A model generated the notes under the pieces. That model saw only the letters and a list, made by a program, of their open reading frames with translations, did no database searches and had not been told where the DNA came from. Made by a program: the position numbers and the translations under genes. A stretch of 60,988 nt of DNA, filler included, from Chloroflexota bacterium (lineage in GTDB: Bacteria; Chloroflexota; Chloroflexia; QHBQ01): the NCBI GenBank assembly GCA_043754535.1. It is 6 parts of 5 records of this genome, joined end to end, with 100 filler letters (N's around TTAATTAATTAA, not from the genome) between each part and the next. Parts side by side here need not be neighbours in the genome. Positions count along the whole stretch, not along the records: positions 53,750 to 60,988 come from JAYUUN010000127.1; 5 more parts are not named here. One strand, given 5' to 3'. This document shows positions 55,873 through 60,988 of this stretch, in pieces. Each line of letters opens with the position of its first letter. Positions within the stretch are counted from its first letter, which is position 1.

Positions 55873-58503
55873 TTAAGAAGGGGCTGGCTCCCCCTCTGCC
55901 TGCTCATCTTGCACATATTCTACGGCCTGTTCCAGGCTCATCTGCTCGCCAGCAGCCCAGGCTGTGGCAAACTCGCCCGCCTGCACGCGGGCATTTAGGG
56001 TGGCCTGCTCTGTGATCAGCACATCGTCCTCATCTTCCACCAGTGGCACATCGTGGCTAAGGCGTAGGGCAAGGGCAGCAGCCAGCAGTCGGACGGCGCG
56101 TTCCACCTTTCCTTGCCTGATCGCCAGGTTGGCGAAGGCTTTGATGCACAAGATCAAGCTGCCACTATCGTCTAGTTTCTGGAAGATGCCGATCCCCTCG
56201 TACAAGGCCGTGTGCGCCTCGCCGTAGTTGCCGCAGCAAACCGCTATCTTGGCGATGTTCAAGAGGGCGTAGGCAGTGCCAAAGTCATCATGGATTTCGC
56301 GGCAGATGGTCAGCCCTTCGCTTAGCAACGCCATTGCCCGCTCGTAGTTGCGGTGGGTAGCCTGCACGATGCCAAGGTTGGTTAGCGAACTGGCAACCCC
56401 CCACTGATCGTCCAGGCCCCGCCGCAAGCTCAGGCTTTCTTCGTAGTAGCTGATCGCCTGCTCGTAGTCGCGCTCGTAGACCGCCACAGAACCGAGGTTG
56501 TTGAGCGATAGAGCGACACCACGTTGGTCATCAAGCTGCTGGCGGATCGCTAGACTAGCGGAGAACTGGGTCTTGGCCTCCGCAAAGTTGCCTTGCTCGA
56601 AAGCCATCACCCCCAGGCCGTTGAGTGCCTGCGCCCTGACTAGTGTCGGGGTGTCGTTGCCCAACAGTGCGCTATGCAACCAGTGGTTGCCCTCACTGAT
56701 GTAGCCGCGCAGGTACCAGAACCGCCAGAGCGAAGCCGCCATCTTCAGCGACAGTTCATGCTCCCCCTGCTCGCTCAGGTGGGCGAAGGCGGCCCGCAAG
56801 TTGTCATGCTCGGCTTCCAGGCGGGTCAGCCAGCTAGCCTGCTCTGCCCCGCGCAATTCTGGTTCAGCGGCCTCGGCCAGCCGCAGGTATGCAAGAGCGT
56901 GTTGGCGGGCCAGTCCCACTACCTCCCCGCGCTCAGCTAGCTTCTCGCGCCCATACTCGCGTAGGGTCTCCAACATGGTGAAGCGTGGTTCGTCTTCGGC
57001 CCCCATCTGGCGCAGCAAACTCTGGTTGAGCAGCGACTCGATACCCTCGAAAGAGGCTGCCTCGCCACAAACTTCGGCTGCCATCGCTGCTGTACAGCCG
57101 CCAACGAAGATGCTCAGGTGGGCAAAGAGGGTGCGTTCCTCCTCAGCCAGCAGGTCGTAGCTCCAATCAATTGCCCCCCGCAAGCTGCGCTGGCGGGCAG
57201 GCAGGTCGCGGCTCTGGCTAGTCAACAGGGCCAGGCGGTTGTCCAGGCGAGCAAGCAAGGCGGCTGGGCCGAACATCTTGCTCCTTGCGGCGGCCAATTC
57301 GATAGCTAGCGGCAGACCGTCCAGGCGTTGGCAAATCTCTACCACTGCTGCGGCGTTCTCTGTGGTTAGCTGGAAGTCGGCGCGCACATTGCAGGCGCGC
57401 GCTACAAAGAGGGTGATGGCGGGGTAGTGAGCCAGCTCTGCCAATGGCAGGTCGCCTTTGGGCAAGGCCAGCGGTGGCACTGCATACTCATTCTCGCCGT
57501 AAATCTGCAAGGCGGCTCGGCTGGTGACGATCATTTTGAGGCGGCGGTCAGCGGCTAGCAGTTCGCTGAGTAGCGGCGCGGCGGCCACGATCTGCTCGAA
57601 GTTGTCTAGCACCAGGATCATTTCGCGGTCGCGCAGGTGGAGCTTGAGGCTGGCAAGCAAGTCTCCCTCGGCCCCCTCCTTCACCCCCACTGCCTGCGCA
57701 ATGGTGCTGACCAGCGATGACCCGTCGTGGGCGGTAGCCAGGGCGACGAAGAATACGCCGTCTTCCTGGTCGTTGAGCAGATCGGCGGCCAGTTGCAAGG
57801 CCAGCCGCGTCTTGCCACTGCCACCTGGCCCGGTCAAGGTGAGCAGGCGCACACCAGGGCGAGTCACCAGGCTGCTGATCGTTTGCAGATCAGCTTCGCG
57901 GCCAATCAGTGAGCTGAGGGCAGTCGGCAGGTTGTTGGGTCGCGCCTCAAGGGTACGCAGCGGCGGGAACTCGTCTGGCAGGCCAGGGATCAGCAGTTGG
58001 TAGAGTCGCTCTGCGCTAGCCAGGTCTTTCAGGTTGCGCTCGCCCAGGTCGCGCAGGTGGATGTCGCTGGGTAGGTAGGGGCCGATCAACTGCTGAGTGG
58101 TGGCAGAGACAAGTACCTGCCCGCCGTAGCCAGCATACAGCAGGCGGGAGAGGCGGTTGAGGACGATACCGAAGTAGTCACCTTCGCGCAACTCGGCGGT
58201 GCCAGTGTAGAGAGCCATTCGCACCTTGAGGCTACCGACTACGCCCCAGTCGGTTGTGGCTAGGGCGCGCTGGGCTACGACCGCCGCCAGTACTGCGGCG
58301 TGGGCGGCAGCAAAGACCGCACAGACAGCATCGCCCACCGTCTTGAAGATATGACCGCCCCAAGCCTCGACTACTTCACGCAGCAGTGCATCGTGGCGGG
58401 CCAGGGCTGCGCGCATGGCAAGCGGGTGCTGCTCCCACAGGTGGCTGCTGCCCTCAATATCGGTGAACAGGAAGGTGATCGTGCCACTGGGTAGTTCAGC
58501 CAT
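55873..58503 (-). CDS. Class III nucleotide cyclase - STAND (NB-ARC-like) ATPase - TPR protein
   Basis: FLFTDIEGS, KTVGDA, DYFG..NR; GPGGSGKT, LVLDNFEQ, TSR, GLPLAIELAA; ALSLNNLG/ASSLTNLG TPRs. Confidence 0.93.
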   Translation of the reverse strand: MAELPSGTITFLFTDIEGSSHLWEQHPLAMRAALARHDALLREVVEAWGGHIFKTVGDAVCAVFAAAHAAVLAAVVAQRALATTDWGVVGSLKVRMALYTGTAELREGDYFGIVLNRLSRLLYAGYGGQVLVSATTQQLIGPYLPSDIHLRDLGERNLKDLASAERLYQLLIPGLPDEFPPLRTLEARPNNLPTALSSLIGREADLQTISSLVTRPGVRLLTLTGPGGSGKTRLALQLAADLLNDQEDGVFFVALATAHDGSSLVSTIAQAVGVKEGAEGDLLASLKLHLRDREMILVLDNFEQIVAAAPLLSELLAADRRLKMIVTSRAALQIYGENEYAVPPLALPKGDLPLAELAHYPAITLFVARACNVRADFQLTTENAAAVVEICQRLDGLPLAIELAAARSKMFGPAALLARLDNRLALLTSQSRDLPARQRSLRGAIDWSYDLLAEEERTLFAHLSIFVGGCTAAMAAEVCGEAASFEGIESLLNQSLLRQMGAEDEPRFTMLETLREYGREKLAERGEVVGLARQHALAYLRLAEAAEPELRGAEQASWLTRLEAEHDNLRAAFAHLSEQGEHELSLKMAASLWRFWYLRGYISEGNHWLHSALLGNDTPTLVRAQALNGLGVMAFEQGNFAEAKTQFSASLAIRQQLDDQRGVALSLNNLGSVAVYERDYEQAISYYEESLSLRRGLDDQWGVASSLTNLGIVQATHRNYERAMALLSEGLTICREIHDDFGTAYALLNIAKIAVCCGNYGEAHTALYEGIGIFQKLDDSGSLILCIKAFANLAIRQGKVERAVRLLAAALALRLSHDVPLVEDEDDVLITEQATLNARVQAGEFATAWAAGEQMSLEQAVEYVQDEQAEGEPAPS

Positions 58504-58691
58504 AGTACCGCCTTTGCCACTCTCGCCCGCTGGGTCAGCCCGCTGCCACCCTTGTGAGGAGAGCCTCTAGGGGTGTATAATAGAATAGCGCAAATCCAGG
58601 GTGGGATAGTTCGCACCCGGCTAATGATAATACACATTGTTACTGAAGGCAAGCTGGTGGCAAGCTGCTTTGACCGGCTGGAGCGTAGCTG

Positions 58692-59510
58692 ATGAGCTTC
58701 ACTAGCAGACTTAAAGAGGTGATCGGGGGGGCGGGCCGCCTGTGTGTTGGTCTCGATCCTGACTTCAGTCGCCTGCCCGCAGAGTTGCAGGCACAGCCGC
58801 CCCTCCAGGCGATCCTCCAGTTTAATGCACGGATGATCGCGGCCACTGCCCCATACGCCGCTGCCTACAAGCTGAACGCCGCCTTCTACGAGGTGCTTGG
58901 CAGCGCAGGGCTGACCGCTATGCAGGAGACAATCCGTGCCATCCCTCCTGGTAGGATGGTGATCGTTGACGCAAAGCGGGGCGATATCGCCAATACTGCT
59001 GCTGCTTACGCCGCTGCCCTGTTTGACCAGCTACCCTGTGACGCGACCACGGTTAGCCCTTACATGGGGGGGGACAGTCTCGAACCGTTCTTCAGCTATG
59101 GGGCGCAGAGCAAGGGCAGCTTCGTCCTCTGCCGCACCTCCAATGCGGGCGGCAATGACTTGCAAAGCCTGTTGGTAGAGGGGCCAGGCGGCGGCCTGCC
59201 ACTATACCTGCGGGTAGTACAGTTGGTATTGCGCTGGGATGCGGGTCGCGAGGCGGCTGGGCTGGTTGTGGGCGCGACTTACCCCGCCCAGTTGGCGGCG
59301 GTGCGCGAAATCGCGGCGCATATCCCTATCCTGATCCCTGGGGTTGGCACCCAGGGCGGTGACCTTGCTGCCACCATCAAGGCCAACGGTAGCGGACCCG
59401 CCCTGATTAACATATCGCGGGCGATCCTGTATGCGGCTGAGGGCAGCCTGAGCGAGATGGAGGTAGCAGCAGCAGCGGTGGCTCGTAGCTACCAGCAGCA
59501 GATGGGCTAG
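58692..59510 (+). CDS. pyrF: Orotidine-5'-phosphate decarboxylase
   Basis: LCVGLDP, DAKRGDI, PYMG, LCRTSN, GLVVGAT, LIPGVGTQGG, SRAILYA. Confidence 0.96.
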   Translation: MSFTSRLKEVIGGAGRLCVGLDPDFSRLPAELQAQPPLQAILQFNARMIAATAPYAAAYKLNAAFYEVLGSAGLTAMQETIRAIPPGRMVIVDAKRGDIANTAAAYAAALFDQLPCDATTVSPYMGGDSLEPFFSYGAQSKGSFVLCRTSNAGGNDLQSLLVEGPGGGLPLYLRVVQLVLRWDAGREAAGLVVGATYPAQLAAVREIAAHIPILIPGVGTQGGDLAATIKANGSGPALINISRAILYAAEGSLSEMEVAAAAVARSYQQQMG

Positions 59511-59584
59511 TAGGCCGCAATGTGCTATAATACGCGACAAGCAGCCGCTGGCAAGCTGGCAAAGATGATCAGTGAGAGGTGAAG

Positions 59585-59815
59585 ATGAGCGAGGAACTGC
59601 GCGCCCAGCTACGCGCCCTGGCCGTTGGCGACGTGGTACGCCTGCGTAAGCTGCACCCCTGTGGTAGTAGCGACTTCCGCGTGCTGCGGGTAGGGGCTGA
59701 CGTGGGCTTGCGCTGCCTCGGCTGCGACCACCGCATTATGCTAGATCGTAGTGAGTTTGAGCGGCGCACCAAAGCCTTCGTCAGTGGGAGCAGCAATGTT
59801 GTTGCTGCCGAATGA
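59585..59815 (+). CDS. DUF951-family protein
   Basis: VGDVVRLRKLHPCGS..RVGADVGLRCLGC..RSEFERR; TGTGCTATAAT at 59521-59531. Confidence 0.88.
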   Translation: MSEELRAQLRALAVGDVVRLRKLHPCGSSDFRVLRVGADVGLRCLGCDHRIMLDRSEFERRTKAFVSGSSNVVAAE

Positions 59816-59847
59816 GGGATGGCACTATTCTTGAAGATGGAGGCGGC

Positions 59848-60988
59848 ATGGCAAGTCGCAAAACGGCCCCGCCGGGGCAACCTACCCTCGCAGAAACAAA
59901 GAAGACAGGCAAACACCTGGCCGAGGGTGCTACAACAGAACAGGCATTGAGCAAGTCGGAGGCGCGAGTGGCTACTGATGGTTATGCTAGCATTGAGCGA
60001 GAGAAGCAAGACCCAGTCTTGAAGAACAACAACTTTCTCAAGCTCTGGTCAGCCCAGATCGTCTCGATGACCGCGCAGAACATCATCAACTACATCTTGA
60101 TCGCCCAGGTTACGGCCCTGACTGACGGCAGCAGCTTGGCGGTCAGTGGCGTGATTCTCGCCTTCAGCATCCCCTCGATCATCTTCTCGGCCATTGCTGG
60201 GGTCTTCGTAGACCGGATCAGCAAGCGGCAGATGCTCTTTATTACCAACGTGCTGCGGGCGGCAGCGGCGGCCAGCTTCGTGATTACCATCCTGATCGGC
60301 AAGAGTAATGTTGCTCTTACCTTGCCCCTACTCTATGCTATCACCTTCATCTTCTCCACGGTCAGCCAGTTCTTCACCCCAGCGGAGGCCTCGACCATCC
60401 CGCTGCTAGTGCGCCGTGACCAATTGCTCACCGCTAATGCCTATTTCAACCTGACCCTGACGATCACCCAGTTGTTCGGCTTTGCTATCATCGGGCCGAT
60501 CCTGGGGCGTATCCTCAAGAGTTACGAGTGGTTGTACGTCTTCCTGGCGATCATGTACATTGGCTGCGCCGTCCTTACCTACTTCTTGCCCCGCGACACG
60601 GTGGCGGCTACCCCCGACAGCGTGAAGGACGCTACGCTGCGCGAACGCACTGGCGCAGTGCTGGCCGAGGTGAAGGAGGGGATGGACTTCATTCGCTCTG
60701 ACCGTGTGATCTTCACCGCGATCATCCATCTCTCTATCGGCGCGTCGTTGCTGATGATGCTGGCCGTGATCGGCCCCAAGCTGCTGACCGAAATCCTAAG
60801 TGGTACCTACCCCGACGCTTCAGTAGCAGCAGAGGAAGCGGGCAAGAACCTGATCTACCTGCTGCTGCCTGGCGGCATCGGCATGGTGGGCGGCGTGATT
60901 GCAGTGGACAAGTTGGCGAAGAATCGCAACCGCGAGGCAATAATCAACTACAGCCTACTGGCAGTTGGTGGCACCCTGATCCTCCTTA
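59848..60988 (+). CDS. MFS transporter (3' partial; absent from the ORF track; alternative start GTG 59968)
   Basis: NFLKLWSAQIVS, AGVFVDRISKRQML, QFFTPAEASTIP..LLTANA, EVKEGMDFI. Confidence 0.88.
   Translation, partial: MASRKTAPPGQPTLAETKKTGKHLAEGATTEQALSKSEARVATDGYASIEREKQDPVLKNNNFLKLWSAQIVSMTAQNIINYILIAQVTALTDGSSLAVSGVILAFSIPSIIFSAIAGVFVDRISKRQMLFITNVLRAAAAASFVITILIGKSNVALTLPLLYAITFIFSTVSQFFTPAEASTIPLLVRRDQLLTANAYFNLTLTITQLFGFAIIGPILGRILKSYEWLYVFLAIMYIGCAVLTYFLPRDTVAATPDSVKDATLRERTGAVLAEVKEGMDFIRSDRVIFTAIIHLSIGASLLMMLAVIGPKLLTEILSGTYPDASVAAEEAGKNLIYLLLPGGIGMVGGVIAVDKLAKNRNREAIINYSLLAVGGTLILL

Noticed and set aside
1..60988. tRNA, rRNA, transposase or integrase
   Set aside because: None recognised by eye; tRNAscan-SE, Infernal and ISEScan would be needed to exclude them formally.

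Overview
The window is six unrelated contigs joined by artificial 100-nt spacers (44 N + TTAATTAATTAA + 44 N) at 7937-8036, 31647-31746, 39439-39538, 45992-46091 and 53650-53749, so adjacency across spacers means nothing. The GC-rich DNA, Thr/Pro-rich secreted proteins, ETG/QYFERAR repeat proteins, PxWL repeats and sortases suggest a Chloroflexota genome (inference). Contig 1 looks like a conjugative/T4SS-type module. It encodes a giant protein that joins a Cys-repeat ectodomain, an LPxT-like sorting signal and its own C-terminal sortase, followed by an apparently inactive sortase-fold protein, a VirB2/TrbC-like pilin and a VirB6/TrbL-like membrane protein. Contig 2 carries an uncharacterised GlmL/MutL-ATPase membrane operon, two PD40 beta-propeller proteins, topA with an N-terminal histone-like tail, TetR-MFS, DUF3105, an RlpA-like protein, an S8 protease and an SPFH protein. 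Contig 3 has a four-domain degenerate-cyclophilin lipoprotein, a HEAT protein and hsdM. Contig 4 has a lamin-tail/PT-repeat protein, DUF885 and a Tat polysaccharide deacetylase. Contig 5 has a low-GC acyltransferase/beta-helix pair and an ABC-ATPase + PIN-like pair sitting between DUF2256 and a short Fe-S photolyase-like gene. Contig 6 has the trxB 3' end, htrA, a cyclase-STAND-TPR protein, pyrF and an MFS gene. A tandem GGTAAGG promoter motif recurs four times on three contigs. No rRNA, tRNA, CRISPR array or transposase was recognised. All family calls come from reading motifs by eye, not from database searches.
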